Assembly (NCBI GenBank): GCA_002633005.1
Contig: NMRA01000663.1
Coordinates: forward strand, 27,391 to 91,390
Length of the DNA: 64,000 nt
Direction: 5' to 3'
DNA from: Phoronis australis
Taxonomy: Eukaryota > Animalia > Phoronida
The translations under genes were made by a program, and so were the position numbers. Below are positions 24,296 to 39,200 of this stretch, in pieces (position 1 is the stretch's first letter; each line of letters starts with the position of its first letter). A model generated the notes under the pieces. That model did no database searches, had not been told where the DNA came from, and saw only the letters and a program-made list of their open reading frames with translations.

Positions 24296-27200
24296 CTGCC
24301 GGATGAGAAGAAACATGATCAATATATACCCATAGTTGAAAGAATTACTAAACCCTGTTTTGGTGATTTCAACCAACCCTCAGACACCTGCTAATGGTCT
24401 CCATTTGCTCCACAGTGTAAATTACTGTGTTAGCACACTGAATCTCTTTCCTGCAAAAACATGGTACTGTAATGAGGCTTTAATGTTCAAAATCAAGGAC
24501 TCTAATGCAACTTTAATTATATCTTAAGGGGATTCGGTCACTGTTCAGATAGATCTACAACATTCCTCTACGTATCAGTCTCGACATAACACTACGTCAA
24601 AATCGGCAAGTGCATAACCAAGTTAATCGGTCTTACATTTTTCACAAAATTGTTTAACATGTCGTTGACGGGAAGGTCTTTCATAGCATCTTCATCTTCT
24701 TGCGTTACCTTGGTAACAGGCAGAACTCCACTGGTGAAGTTCAGGAGATTATAAATTGTACAGATGGGGAACAAAGCTAGAATATAAACACAAAGACAAA
24801 CTCAATAATAATAAAAAAGAAACTTATGAATAATAAACAATACCGGAACGGAAGTGTGTGACCCATTAGTACCAGTCACTACAAAATCAGATAAACTGGA
24901 GCTTTTTTGAAGCATCCGGTCATGAACTGCATTTTATTTACCAATGTCACAACCCTCTCATGATATCTAGGCAATATCACAACTTGGTTTCAGTTTCTCC
25001 ACAGCCATGACATTTCTCAATAAATATTTGCTAGTAACAAATTTAAATAAGTGTTCGTACATTGCCATAGTTAAATTGGCGTGTATTACTACAATTAAAG
25101 ATACAACCACGATGTGTTGACAAAACTGAACATCTGCGGATTAAGTGAGACACAAATTTCCCGTCAACTAGCCTATTGCAAAATAGTGTTATTCCAAATA
25201 AGTACAAAACAATATAATTTTCCAAATAGCATTGCGCGTGTGAAATCACGTGAGTGTGCCAAATAAGTGGATAATTACCGTACATGAGAACATGTTTGGT
25301 TTAAAGTTGTTCGATCAGAGCAAAACAGTTGTAATTCAAATTAAACCAACTCTTTTGTATACATTAAAACGGGTCATGATCTTTCATTCGTGCACAAAAA
25401 TCCTCAAAGCCAAATGCACTTTCTGACAGTAAATATTTTTCAGCAGACCATAACTCTTCACTGAATGAAGACAAAAGGGGCTTGCTGTCCTGTCTACTCT
25501 CATATAAAAACTAAGGTATCACTGGAAACCTTGAAGCGGAAACTTGAATAATGAACCCGGGTGCATCAATTGTAATGTACTGGAGCATAGTCAAAGGTGA
25601 CTTTATAATCATGAGAAGAATCGTACGTTGACATATCCTAACTGGTCAAGATTGGGCAACTCGACCGGTTTGCGTACCACAGCATCTGCCGATTCAAATC
25701 AAAGACACCATGCTGTTGCGGTTAATTATCAGCCCAGGCTGCTGATGTTTTCTTTCTCTAGATAATGAGACCATCACATTGGGGGGCGACAATAGTATTT
25801 TTAAATCTTCGTTTTGAGAATTTGTAAATAGCATAATATTTGAATATTTCATGAAAAGTTCAAGTGGTAAAGCTTTTGAATTTTGAGAATTGGACGAGAA
25901 ATGTGACTTTTACAACCTAAAGCATTTGTTTGATGTTGCAATAATATGCCCCTCATTAATTCTGCTGGGTGTGCAACATAATTGACCTATCACCAGGACT
26001 TTGAGTGACGGCTTAACTGACCATTTAGAACTCATCATTCTTGACACACCTTCGTTTCCAAGCCGCCATTTTACCCGACAAACAACCCGTTGCGGAGTAA
26101 AACTTCTTGTGTGTTAGTCGACATTACGCAAGGGGCGGAGCTTGCGATAGGTCAATTGGGCCAAACCACCAGGCAGCAGTTGGTTTTTGGAGGTAAGCCA
26201 AGTGTCATCATACAATTCTTAGCATGATGTCCATATCAAAGGCAAAATACCGTAATTATATCAATGTATCAAGTTCAGCAATAAGATTTCATGTTTAAGA
26301 TTTAGGCATTTAAAATTGTGCAATTGCCAGACCTGAGTCAAGAAAAACAAAATTTCTTACGTAATGCAGAGTCTGGATAGCCAATTGGCAAGGCAGGTCC
26401 TGCTCCTGGGCTGATGACAGCATCCAGCTTCGCAGCATTCCAGTGGTCCATGTTGGCTTTTCTCCATTTCTTAAGGACCAAACAGCAAAAACACATTTCT
26501 ATAAGTTGAACTTCACCACAAGGAATTTGCTTTCTAATCACACGTTTATATGATCAGTGGACAAACAAGTTAGAGATACCACACTGCGGGGTTCAAGTGA
26601 GTCATAACCTTATGATCAGTTCAATGGACCCAGCAACGCTGCGCTGCACAGTAATACGCATCAGGCCAATTGCCACTTTACAACAACTATGTGAATATAA
26701 GGTGGCGAGTCAGCCACTACAGAATTTTAAAAAATAAGTTCTGTGGCGAAAATAATTCGCTGCAGTTCACCGACCCGTGTCCAGTAAGTACCGTGACGTG
26801 GACCAGGGGAAATAACTTTCTTGGGTGATGTCTGCCTACAGGGTACACCATTAGGGCAAAGATCATCCATTCGAAGAATTTCTCGTTTTCACATTTTACG
26901 CAATTGCTAGTGAATATCGCAGTGAAAGCATTATGTGACAAACCAGACCATCGTAAAAATGACGACCCCACCCGTTGCACTTAGAAACAGTGGCGGAAAT
27001 TAAGAAAATTAACCCAACCAGGGGTGGTGGTTTTCGTGGGTTAGAGTCCCTTTGAGTTTGATGAAACTTACCTCACATTCAACAGTATAGTCTATTTCAT
27101 CTTTCAAGGATCTAAAAATATGGATTAAACAATATTAAATAATGTCCACATTGGTCAACGCATAGCTCATCACAGAACAACAATAAATGATTGGAATAGA

Positions 27201-30200
27201 GTTGACGACCTGGTGTATTTGAGTTCCTAGATTTCGGGCCCCTCTTGGCCCTTCGTCGGTGTACTGGCGAAGATTTCATGTCACATGGCTATCTGTGGGC
27301 GGTACTTAGCAGTTGTCAAACACCACCTGGTGACTATCACTTGAGAAGAAGCGCTGGTAAATGGCTAGTAGTTCATGGCCACTGTCTCTGTATAACTCTG
27401 GATTGTTGCACCTGAATTCAACTGATCCCAAGACTTTTATGATTCCAATATTTATGCTCTCTTGAAATCGTGAGCAACAAACCAGAGTTGAACAGACAGT
27501 GGCTGCCATTTACCAGATTCTCATGTCAAGTGATAGTCAACAGGTGGCCAAGTGACACGGAAATCCACGTCAGTACCCTGAATGCTAGGTCCTCAAATAC
27601 ACCAGGTCGCCAATAGGTAACAACTTTATTCCTATAATAAGTAACGGTGCCAGTCACGGTTATGAACATTCATTCCTCCAATATTTAATTGACTTCCTCT
27701 TACGCTATATCAGTGGTGTCACACGCTGTGTCACATTGAAAACCAGACGTGTTTTGGGTACAGTTTTGTGTATGGAACCCATTGCTTCTTTACATGGCAC
27801 ATTTGCCGTTGTCGGCAATCCACAGATTATGCGCGCACCCACTGAGGGGGCTTCAAATGAGTCCCTCCCCCATTTGGCGAAGTGGGCAAAAAGGTCTGCC
27901 TCAAAGAAACAAAAAGTCCAAGAAAACGAGACGAAAGTCCACTAAAAAGGCAGGAATTTGGCAAATGCACAATTCATACCTTTGACTGAACCCCGTTCTT
28001 TTTTATTAAAAGGTACCCATTCACAAAAATTCGAGCCCAACTATATTTTAGACAGGGTGCGCGCATGCAGATAGATTCGCTGCCACTAGTTTGGAAGTTT
28101 GGGTCAACTTATCTCTCAGTTATTATCATACGTAATTCAGTATATTTTTATTAAACAAAATCATTCCTTTCTCAGACTAACCACTCATGCATTCATTGCG
28201 CATATATGTAAAACATATGAATACGTAAAATAAAAAGCTGACATTATGTTCCGTTATTTGCTTACTTGTGTTGGTCAGATAAACAAAACATGTTTTTCAC
28301 ATCTGTGGATGGATACCAACACGATTGACCACCATGAATAGCGAGGTCTTTTGAACTAGTCACTATGACAATTATAGTGGATGAAATTGTTTCGTTTAAA
28401 GACCGTTTGTTATGCTACTACCAATGGCAATATCTTCCAATGTGAAGAGGTTTGTTCTGTTGAACCCATTCGCAGGCCACGGTATGTTTGGTCGTATTGT
28501 TTACAAAAGTCCCACACCAAGATTCTTCTATAGGCCCCTTACCACCTGACTGTTGGCACCGATTGTTTGGTAGGCCGCTCATGGGGGTTCGTTGGCAACG
28601 CTTATCAATTCAACATTTTACGAATTGATTGTTATCACACGTAGGAAAGAAGAGATTTGATAAAAACTGTTGAGCATGCAATTGTTCATTATATAAATGA
28701 ATACTTACACAAGACCACACATGCCCCTCAGGACAATAGAAGTAAAAGGGCTCTGAAAGTAAAAATAAACAATTTATGAAAAGACATCGGGACAATCAGG
28801 AAAGCGTTTTAGCCATAAACAAGTGCTCAAAGACAAAAGCCAGTAATTTTGACAATACTAACATTAAATACAAATACCTGGTGATTTCAGAGACACCTTT
28901 CGCACTTAATTGCCTTAATTAGCTATGCAAGCACTTACCACGGTGTGGCGCAGTCAATCCATCAATATCATGTTTATTCTCTCAAATTCTTAATTATATA
29001 AGCAAAAATTATTTTTGGACCACAGAAGTGGAACCCCCTACATTAATATGAAACCTTACCCAGAGGTCGGTGGCCGAAGAGCGGGACATCTATATTAATA
29101 TGATTAGCACCACCATTTTCGCTTTCTTCAAACTAGGTAGCCAATTATACCAATGTAGAGGGTCACAATTTTTAAGCTTGAAATTAATTTTAATTTTCTT
29201 TCCTGTCGTTTTAGTAAGTATGAGTCTTTTAAACCACAGCAAAAATTCCCGAATTTAGGACAGTGAAAAAATGAATATTGCGAACCTCTTCTAAATTTTA
29301 CAAATAGGCAATATTGGCCTTCCGAAATTCGAGAAATATGAGAAAGACGGCAAAATCTGCCGAGTCCGAAATTTGAAAAAATAAGGTAATGCCAAACTCG
29401 ACTGTGTCCTAAATTTCAGAATCAAAAGAGGCAATTCGGTTGGATTTGAGCTACACAGTCTGATCGACTTTCTCATATGGTAATTTCGTGCTGTAGCACT
29501 ACGCCACCACTGTGCAGGTTACTAAATTAAGGGTTCAGTTAGTAATACTGCCCATGTCACAAAAAATCAAAGTTCTTATTTTTGTTCAAATGCCGCTTAT
29601 ATTTCCATTTGTTTAAAAGGTTCAAATTGGAAATGACTTTAGACTGGTCATTAGTTAGCGGTCAAAAAATTCTTTTTAATGAGTTTTTAATTAAACATAA
29701 GTGAGAAGAGTATCTTTAACCATGTCCCCATCACCACCTGACATCTCAGAACTCACCAGTGGCTTCAACAAATACGCCAGCAGCAGCTTTACATGTCTGG
29801 GCAACAGCATGGTGTAATATGTCATCTGCATAGGTGTAGAGACAGAGTCGCCACGCCTGAAAACAATACAATGCAAACTACTAAAATTGCCACTAGGGGG
29901 CACAGCAATAGTCAGATCCATCCGAAAGTCATTGTCATCTCTCGTTATCTCCATAGGAACACATCAGCCAATTTTCATGAAGATCCTGAGACAAAGGCTT
30001 TTGGACCCCAGACGCCTGGACAGAGACGACAGCAATATGCACCATCATATATTGTACATCATGACATGAAATTATCATTTCCATTGAATACCCACCAGGA
30101 TCGACTCATTATCCAGCGAGTCATGATAAGCTCAATTCAATATCTCAGTTTTGAGTTGCTTATATCGCAAGTCCTATTCACGTTAAGATAATTGAGCGCA

Positions 30201-33200
30201 GACTGCATTCCTTATCAGTCACACAGCTGAAGTCAATTTAATTTTGACCTACGTAAGCCCGGTAATAGTGAACTGATTTTTAGATTCCCACACCGATTTC
30301 GGTTACTTTTTTATGATCTACATATCTGTAGAATCATTAACTCCTTAAAATATATAGCTTTAAAGCAGTTTTAAGGACAAAGGCAACCTTTTTCATGTCA
30401 TTTTTAGCAAAAATAACATTCGTTGATTATCCCAGACATATTTTTCACTTAATTACAGCTTTTTGTAATTTAATTAATTGTTCGTCCTCTACTCAGGAAG
30501 TGCCGTTTTGGGAGGCAAAAAAGGTTGTCTTCGACTTTAATAGGCAGGGCTGTTTATGACATTTCATGACACAGCTCGCAATGCTCGATTAACTGTGTTG
30601 ACCGTGCATGGAAATACATTTTCAATGATTATCGCTGATCGAAAAGAGTCCAGACGCTTCCGGCTTAGCTTTGCGCATAATAATGGCCGGGGTATCTGAA
30701 CCTCCTCAGAACGCTGGTTGATGTAAGTCAGTGTAAATGAGAAATTCACGTAATGATGTGGGCACATCAACGGAATATTTTATCTACTAGTTTCGTGTAA
30801 AAACAGATTATTTATTACTTAAAATAACAATAACATCATCTCCAAAGCAATGCCAAGTGTCAATATTCCTGTCTCTTGTCACACTGTCAACGATGAGCTG
30901 CAAGGAGTGCTCGCAACTTTTATGTAGAACAAGAATTTGATTAATTTATAAATAAACAAATGTAAAAGAAAAAATGTCGCACAGGAAGTAAGAGAATATT
31001 GAATACATCATTTTTTATTCATTTTGCACCTAAGTAAGGGTCATAATTTGACTGTCTTATTTCTAGTTATATTTACAAGAGCCACACTGAGCATTGATTT
31101 GCAGGGGCTCAACATCAGTTGTAGTCCAGTTATTACGAAAATATTGTTCAAATTTCATAAAGACTACTTGGTAGATATTAAGATGGATGCAATAACTTGC
31201 CCCTAGAAGACTTACACAGTAGTCAACCCATCCACAAACCAACAAGCACATCAAGGAACTTGGTGGATAACAAGGCAGATGCAAAGAAAACTAAGATTGC
31301 CACTGGGAGGCGCCACAGTACTCAGACTTTTCCGAAAATTAACGTTATGCATGCTCTCCGCTAACTACTATACTTTCGTGATGATTGCCTAAGCAGTTTG
31401 TCGAACAGAGAGGCGGATGCCAAAAACATACTAAAATAACAACAATTACCACTAGGGTCGTCTCCGTGTTACAAACCTGTGGCGAATTCCATGAAAATCT
31501 GCCAAGGAATTTGGTAGAAACCACAAAGAAAAGTAAAAGCAATTGCAAAAAAAAATGTTAAAATTTCCACTAGGTGGCACAACAATAGCTGAGTTTATCA
31601 GAAAGTCGTCCTCATCCATCGTCACATTGAAAGATTAGCCAGAAATTTTTACTTCCAATTTTACAACATTTTGAGATCGAGAAGAAATTTATTCAAAACT
31701 ACGGGTGTTATCAACAATTTTGTGACAGTCTAAAAATAATTTAAGAGCTGAATTAAGGTTGTTTGATACTTCTGGATCTTCTAGTTTACCGTGATTGCAC
31801 TATGATGGCTGATAACAAGCATTTGTCACAGAGTGACTTATAAACTGTCCTCCACCAACGCAGGTCCCGAAACTACACCTCTGACAGTAAAACTGCAGCT
31901 TCCTTACATGAAATATCGAGACAACATTTTCCACAACAAATTGACCTTCTTGGTGTGAACTTGAAAATAATGTCAAGGTAACTAAAAACAACACATCAGA
32001 GTAAAATATCAACAAAATTTGCAGCTTCCTTTTGGAGATATCGCGGCAACAACATGTCGTCATACAGACGTACGGTCGTGACTACTATGTCCCCGCTTCG
32101 CGTTAACACGCGATTGGGGACGACCAGCATTCATGTCACTTACATGTAGTCAAGCACTTCTTGGCTTTGATTGGGGGAAAGTCCTTGGAACATAAAGTCT
32201 GTTATGCCCTTGGAGTACTCATGCGGTTGCCACGGAACCACCTAAAATAAACCAACACACCCGCGGGACCTGTTAATGCCAACAATAATTAAAGCCCTAA
32301 TTTCATTGTCAGAAGATGTAAAGTTAAGCAATCACGTATGTCCAAAATTGAATTTTTTTCCGTAACCATTCACTGTCTTTAATTTGGGACAAAAATATTT
32401 GCTACAATTGACATTTCGCGTAGGCTTAGTGTAATGCAGCAATTACCTCCAAGGAGCTGTGAACTTTGAATAGCGGAGAACACCATGAAAGTTACTTTTG
32501 TTCAATAATTTTACAAAAAAATCCCTTTTCTGTTACATTGTGTCCCAAACTGCTGTTTGTTTCCACATTATGATTGCAAAAAAACTGTTGGCAACTCTTT
32601 TAGAAGCTCTTTACCTCATGACCTAATTTCTCCAAAGCCTGCTTAGCCAGCAACACTGCACGTCGAGAGGCCGGTAGGGTTGGGAAGACCCCTTCACATT
32701 CTGCGAAGAAACCAATTCTGAGAGGTCTCGTACTGTTGTATACCTATTAATTAATGAAAAGACACATGTATTTAGTAATTGTAATTAGCATTACGGTTTG
32801 AGCTTTTAGTAATCACAAAGAACTTACACAAAAATAATTACTCTTAAAATTGAAATGTAAATTTTACTCACACAGGCAGAAACACTTCTCTGTGTCTATT
32901 AAAATATATGATGAGGTCAGTGTCAATAGAGAGCTGATGCATCTCGCTATGGAGAAGTGGAAACAAGCCAAGACAATTTTAGAGTGAAAATTTGTTCCAA
33001 TTTACAAACAATTGATCTGACATTTAGGTACCATCTCGTGGTCCTACTCGTCATTACACGAATAAGCCGCATGCAGGGAAAATACACATTTTTAAAGATA
33101 TGCAGAATTTTCACCGCCGGTCCTTCATCAGTGTCCCGAGTGGCTTTCACCAGGATCAAAGAGAGCGCGGAGCCCGAGTCAGACACAATTGGGATGACCG

Positions 33201-36200
33201 CATTGTTTGGTGCGAGCAAGACCCGTTAAGAGTAAATAACCCGGCTATGAACAGTTACAGTAGTAAACATGCATCTTTTGCCTGTCCATACTGGAGAATT
33301 TTCAAAATGCATAAACTTATAATTTACGTTTGGAAAGACCTACAATATTTGTGTGTTATCACGCACCCTTTGTAAAAACAAGGTTGTATTTTTGTATTTA
33401 TGTTATGCATATATTTTGAGTTCTAATAAAGATCAAACGTGAACCAGTGACATTGTAGTTCAAATGTGTTAGCTACGAAATGTTTTGAATACTGTAGCTG
33501 TAATCTGGAAAGTTAAGGGCTGGGCTCAAAATTTATTTTAACTATTAACTGACTTCTAAGTTTCACTAACAATCAAAACCTGCCAGTGTTTTGACACAGA
33601 TATCAAGGTATCAGGAAATACAATTTATTTTTGAGTGTTAAAAAATAGACATTCAAAATGTCAAATGCTGAAAAAAGAAAGGACTTCATTAAGGTTGACA
33701 ATTGCTTTTCATTTCTTTGCTAATTTACAATTTTTGCGATAACTCCAACAAAACAAGGCAAAGTCTTTTTGAGCAGATTTCATTATTACATATGTGTGTG
33801 TGTCTGTGCGTGCGTGCGTGTGTGCGTGCGTGCGTGCACGTATATCGTCAGCATATGGTAACAATCGGTCGAATGTAATGTGAAGCATACCTCATTGTTG
33901 AACGGTAGAGGTGGAACATCAGGATCAAGCTCAAACATATCGGGCACAAGGACAGACTTCATAGCAATGGCAAGACTGTCAACATCTCGGGCAAGTGGAC
34001 CTATAGAGCCTTGCACTAGAACAAGAAAGTCATTCTCAAGTTACAGTACAAGACTAAAGACCTCAGCACTGGAATAAGAAAGTCATTATGAAGTTACAGT
34101 ACAAGACAAAAGTAATCAGACAAAATATCATTTCCCCATCAAGACGGCTAAATCTTCCAACATCAAAAATGGCTGATTGTATCTGTTACGGGACAAAATC
34201 ATAATTGCAGAATGGATTAGTCACCTTACTGACTTTCTTGGTAATTTCCCTTCGTTCTCAGTCACGAGAGAAGAATGGTCCATCATGACATGGAATTCTA
34301 GGTCGTTTTGTACAATTATACTTAATATGCTTTGTACTGTAGAATTTCTTCTCTCGTTCCTTTTGATTCAACTGCACTGAATGCGCTTTTTCAACCAATG
34401 ACAGAAGGTAGATTTAAAGACTTTGTCGGGTTCTATTCAGTTTTTTGTAGTAAAAGGTCAACAATCTCAAAAATCTGAGCCCCCTATGTTTTTGGCTGGG
34501 TGAGTTGGATAGATTGATATCAGGATTTGGAAACCCCTGTCTGGAGTTGAGACTAAACGAAAGATATCAGATGTAAAGGCCGCTCCTTTTACATCCCGAT
34601 AAAAATAATCAAAAATTTTCCACAGAACACAGACGTGATGGGAAAATGTATTACTCACGTGCAAGGTTGCCTGCACAAAATGGCATCATTCCCTTTTTGC
34701 TGCAACAGACAGATTAAAATTTACTACAACGTGCACCAAAGCACAGAAATCAGTACAATGGCTTCAGCTGGGGATTCTGAATGTAGATGACGGAGTGTTC
34801 TGGGTACATTACGGTACTGTATCATAATAATTTTTTGCAATTGTTTTGCACCCAACCTTCACCTTCATTAGGAACCAGGCCGGTCAGTGATATCTACATC
34901 AACCGGGAAAACCAGTGACAACGTCAGCCCTTGACATAACGAAATGCTCATATTGACGTGTTGTACAGGATATTTATCACATATGTGATGTCTTCACAGC
35001 AATAAAATACTGGCTGAAATAAATTGAAATGTCAAGGACAGAAACTGTTTACTTTTTAACGTGTGTGACTTCTGAACTTGAATTCCTCGAGAAAAGATAG
35101 TGTAGAGCCCTTCTTTCGTGGAAGAAATGCGATAAAAATTAGCCATTACTATGTGATGGGCTATTAAGGCCGAGGTTGACAACAATTTTGAGTCGATGCG
35201 CGTTTCAACTAATGTTTTCATTCAGCGTGGTAGATAACTGATGTTTGCATCGTGGCATCAGACATAAGACTGAGTCTGGCAATTAATAACAAAAGAAAGA
35301 TATTGGGCTATGAAAACAGATATCGTCTGGAATACGGACTAAACTGCAGCTAGTTGTAACGTATAAGGGCAAGCAAGTCACCCCTGCTCAGTTCCGTGTC
35401 TTAAACCGAATTTTAAGTCTTTTTATTGCAACTTTCAGTAATATACTTTGATCTTAAACAATAGAACACAGCGAGTGAAGAAGAACTCAACTATAACTAT
35501 GTTACGGCACTCGCTCCTCGGTTCCTAGCTCGGTTTTACTCAGTTGTCTCCCACTTAACCGCATATGAGTAAAATTGGATATAAGCACCTGCATGGTTCT
35601 AGACGAATGCATATGCAGTTAAAAATCTTCAAACTCGTAGAGTTAATGACATAGTATGCTCATCTTATTGTAGTGCAGTCATGAACATCTAACCATTGTG
35701 AGGTTTTGGACTAAACTGTCGCTTACCAATTTACTGCCGCTTATCAGATCAGAAAAGTTGTTGAAAAATACAGAACTTTCCGTAAATATTGTGCATTGAT
35801 TACAGGGAAATTACTAGAGTTTTGACAAATATTAGGCCATAAAAAGACTTTGATAATAGTTGTGTACCATTTTGTGGAAAAGTTAGTCGACTCATGCATT
35901 TCCAATACTGGAAATTGGCGTCACAATTATGATTCATCATATATCATTAATGAGTCTGCTCGTTGTGAAAATCATTGCTTGTTAAAGAGGTCTGGAACGC
36001 AACTCATGAAAAGCAGGTTTTAAACTGATGGTGGAGAATTTCTTGGGGATGCTAACGTGACAGTTATTCACTTTGAATATTGCAAGAATTTCTACAAAAA
36101 ATGCCTATTCCCAATTCTTGAAACAGACGTAATGTAAATTCTTTCATCCCATACAGTTTTCAAACTCTCCGCCCCTAAAAATATGTAAGCGCTCAATGAA

Positions 36201-39200
36201 TTGCCCAGTAAACATGTCCCAATGAGTGCATCATCATCATTTTGTTTACATCAAAGGTCAAAGGTTACCTTTTCCATATAATGGAAGTGCCATGCCTTAC
36301 CAAATAAGGAGACATACATTGCCTTGTGGAAAAACAATTGACGAAAGGGACTAACAGTTGTCAATCATTTTCTCAAATTTGAAACTAAATGATTAAAATG
36401 TATTGACATTAGCAGAAATTCGAAATCGTTACAAACAAACAATAAAAATACCTGGTACAAAAAGTTTGATTTCTGTTTCTGTGGCAGAGACCCATTTTGA
36501 CTGAAGCAACTGAGTCTGTTTTTGCGTTGTACGCCGTGCACAGGGCTTGGAATGAACAATTGCAAAAAAGAGGAAAGTTTTTCAGGTGCTGTATCGTTCC
36601 ACAAATATATAAGCTTATGTGACAGAAGTATTTTTGTGTTGTAAAATCTAACTGAAATAAATGTTTTTGGATGAATAAAGTCAAAACAGTGATAAAAAGA
36701 CTGAAATAAGAGGAAACTGGAAATCAAATAAGAGGAAATAGAAACCAAAAAAGAGGGAATCTCTTAACACTTTGTGTACGGGACTTAGTGTCTATGCCGT
36801 TAACACAACACCTGAGACGTTTCGTTGACGGTTTAAAACCGCATATCCCGCAGTAACAGGCTGGCACTCTGCAGCTGCCTGCTATGTCAGAGCCAAAGCC
36901 AAGGACGCTAGCATTGCAGGTCAAGGCCGCCGCTTCACCACCAGAAGAGCCCCCTGGTGCTCGTGTTGGGTCATGAGGGTTCCTCGTCTGTCCTTGTATA
37001 GGGTTGCCACAGTCATAGCTGTCAATCAAAATTGACAACCTAGGTTACGTCAAGACAATCGTTTCACTTCCTACAAGTTAGTATGGATAAAAATAATTTC
37101 CTTTTTGCCTTTTCCCCACTTTGCAAGGTATTCTTAGATTGTTGCGAGTGCCAAGAAGTTTTCAGAATTTTGTGTGATGATAGACACTGTACAAACCCTA
37201 TGCATGAAAACGCACCACTTTGGCGCTACACATCATGTATAAAAAATGGGGGAAAACCAAATTTCAACTGACACCCATATTTTCCTGAATTGGTGAGAAT
37301 TCACAGCAACATCTTTTTCAAAGAAAAAAGGAGTGCAGGTTGTCTGATGTAGTAGTGCATCAGACGTGCGCAGGCCTCACGGTTGGGCTCATTACACTAA
37401 ACACTTGAGCTAAAAGCACGAAAGACTCGTTATGGATCAGGAGCTTCTTCGTGAAGGAAGTTTTCAAGTATGCCTCGCCTTTAAGAAAATGGACAGACAA
37501 AGGTGACTGTGCAGTTTTGCATTTTCTCTTCAACGCGTTCTTGCCATTTTGAAATAACATCACATTAGTTTGAATCTAAAAAATTGCGGGCCTCTGATGC
37601 AAGCCAGCTCTCATTTGAACCACTTGTATAATGTGGTTTGTTTTATTAAAGTGTCGAGTGTGACATGGATACTTTACCTCATCAGAGTCTGGGGTACGTT
37701 CGTTTTCATGAATACAACAGCACCCTGTCTCTTCAGGACTTGAACAAGAACCGAGTCTTCTGGCCAAAACACGCCACACAACTGCGACATACCGCAGCAG
37801 GTCTCGTAGCCCTGGCAAAAAATGTACACTCCTTCCAACACTTTATACATCATGCGCTCGGTTCAAGTGCCACATAGGTTTTAACAAGTTTGTTCACGCG
37901 GAGTAGTCAAAATCTCTAGCTCGCAGTCTAATGTATGAAAGCATTTTGCGCAATAAACCTGCACCTTCTGTCATAAACCGGCTTTGCATTAACGACAAAT
38001 CAGTTTCGTCTCGTTCCTTCCTTAGAATAGAAGAGATTTTTAGACAAATCTCGACTTGGGAGTTCAGGGGCAACCATTTCTACTGACTTACACATCGACC
38101 ATTCCTCAGGCCTTAACAAAATGGCTAAATGTTAAACAATACCCGACGACTTTGCGAATTTAGCCGCATGCGAAAAAATGACAAATTGCAATAACACAAG
38201 TCATTTTTACTTACTTTCACGTTATAATGATCCTTCACACTGACTGGTATCCCATAAAGACTGCCATTGGGAGATCTTTCCTCCAATGCCTTGGCATCTT
38301 CCTACAATGAAGTTCAGAGCACCATTCCACAGAAAATTGGATGCACATTTTTGCATCAGTTTGCGAACACATTACTTACTATCCAAAATTGTCCCTCGGC
38401 CTGTGATCACAAACTTAAGTATGTGCAAATGACGCAAACACTTAACCGTTTGAACACCAGAGTACACTCTAAAATGGAAACCGACTAAAAATTCATGCCC
38501 CCTATGTCATCAATTGGATATAATGGTTCTTGGTGGGTATTCCTTCCTCACAGTTGCCTTGAAACTCGATAAAAAGCGTATGTCACATTTGCTCGTTTAG
38601 CAGACCTCGTAAGGAGTTTTCAAATTTTGCTCCAACTTTTTGAGGGTTGTCGAGGGTTACAGAGCATCATTTTGTTGCAGAAAATTAGATGAGAAAGTCG
38701 CTTTTAATATCAGATAAGAAGCCAAAACCAGGTTTGGTATCCTTTTAAATACAAATCTAACATCAGAAATTGGATGACATATAAGACTTTCGAGTATGGT
38801 GACATGCTTATGCCACGGTGGATAAAGTCGTGGCTTTAAAAAGAAAGATCAAATGGAACTTAAATCAGGATCAGATTTCAAGTAGAACTTCAAAAAACGT
38901 AAGTTTCTAAAAAGAACCAAATCGGTGTTATGACAGCACTGGTCAACATGAATAAAAAGTTACGTAATTCACTCATCAAATCAAAGTGTGTCAGACTTCA
39001 GTTTGGTTGCTTTATAAAAAATGCTAAAACGCGGCATCGACTAAACATCAAGCAACCGCGTGCACAAAGGCAGCTCTGGCAAAAATGTGACATTTACATG
39101 GGCTACTGAAAACTTGCTTGTAACGTACATGTGTATCATAGAAATCCTTTTCAAAACGGAAGTAGTTTCGTAGTACGATGTCAGGTTCATCTTTTAACTA

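Larger units (their letters stand above)
20732..33670 (+). repeat. Tandem segmental duplication, unit A (homologous to ~47666-63672)
   Basis: Collinear blocks, e.g. 20732-21490~47666-48810, 23460-24070~51465-52010, 24070-25010~53000-55048, 33400-33666~63420-63672, plus FAAH exons 9-16; non-coding identity roughly 75-88% by eye with many copy-specific indels. Confidence 0.9.

Noticed and set aside
36301-36350. Alternative 50-nt phase-compatible candidate for FAAH-A exon 7 (PFRQLFFHKAMYVSLF)
   Set aside because: No resemblance to the FAAH segment; 34659-34699 has the expected 41-nt size, better splice sites and an S-K-x-G motif.
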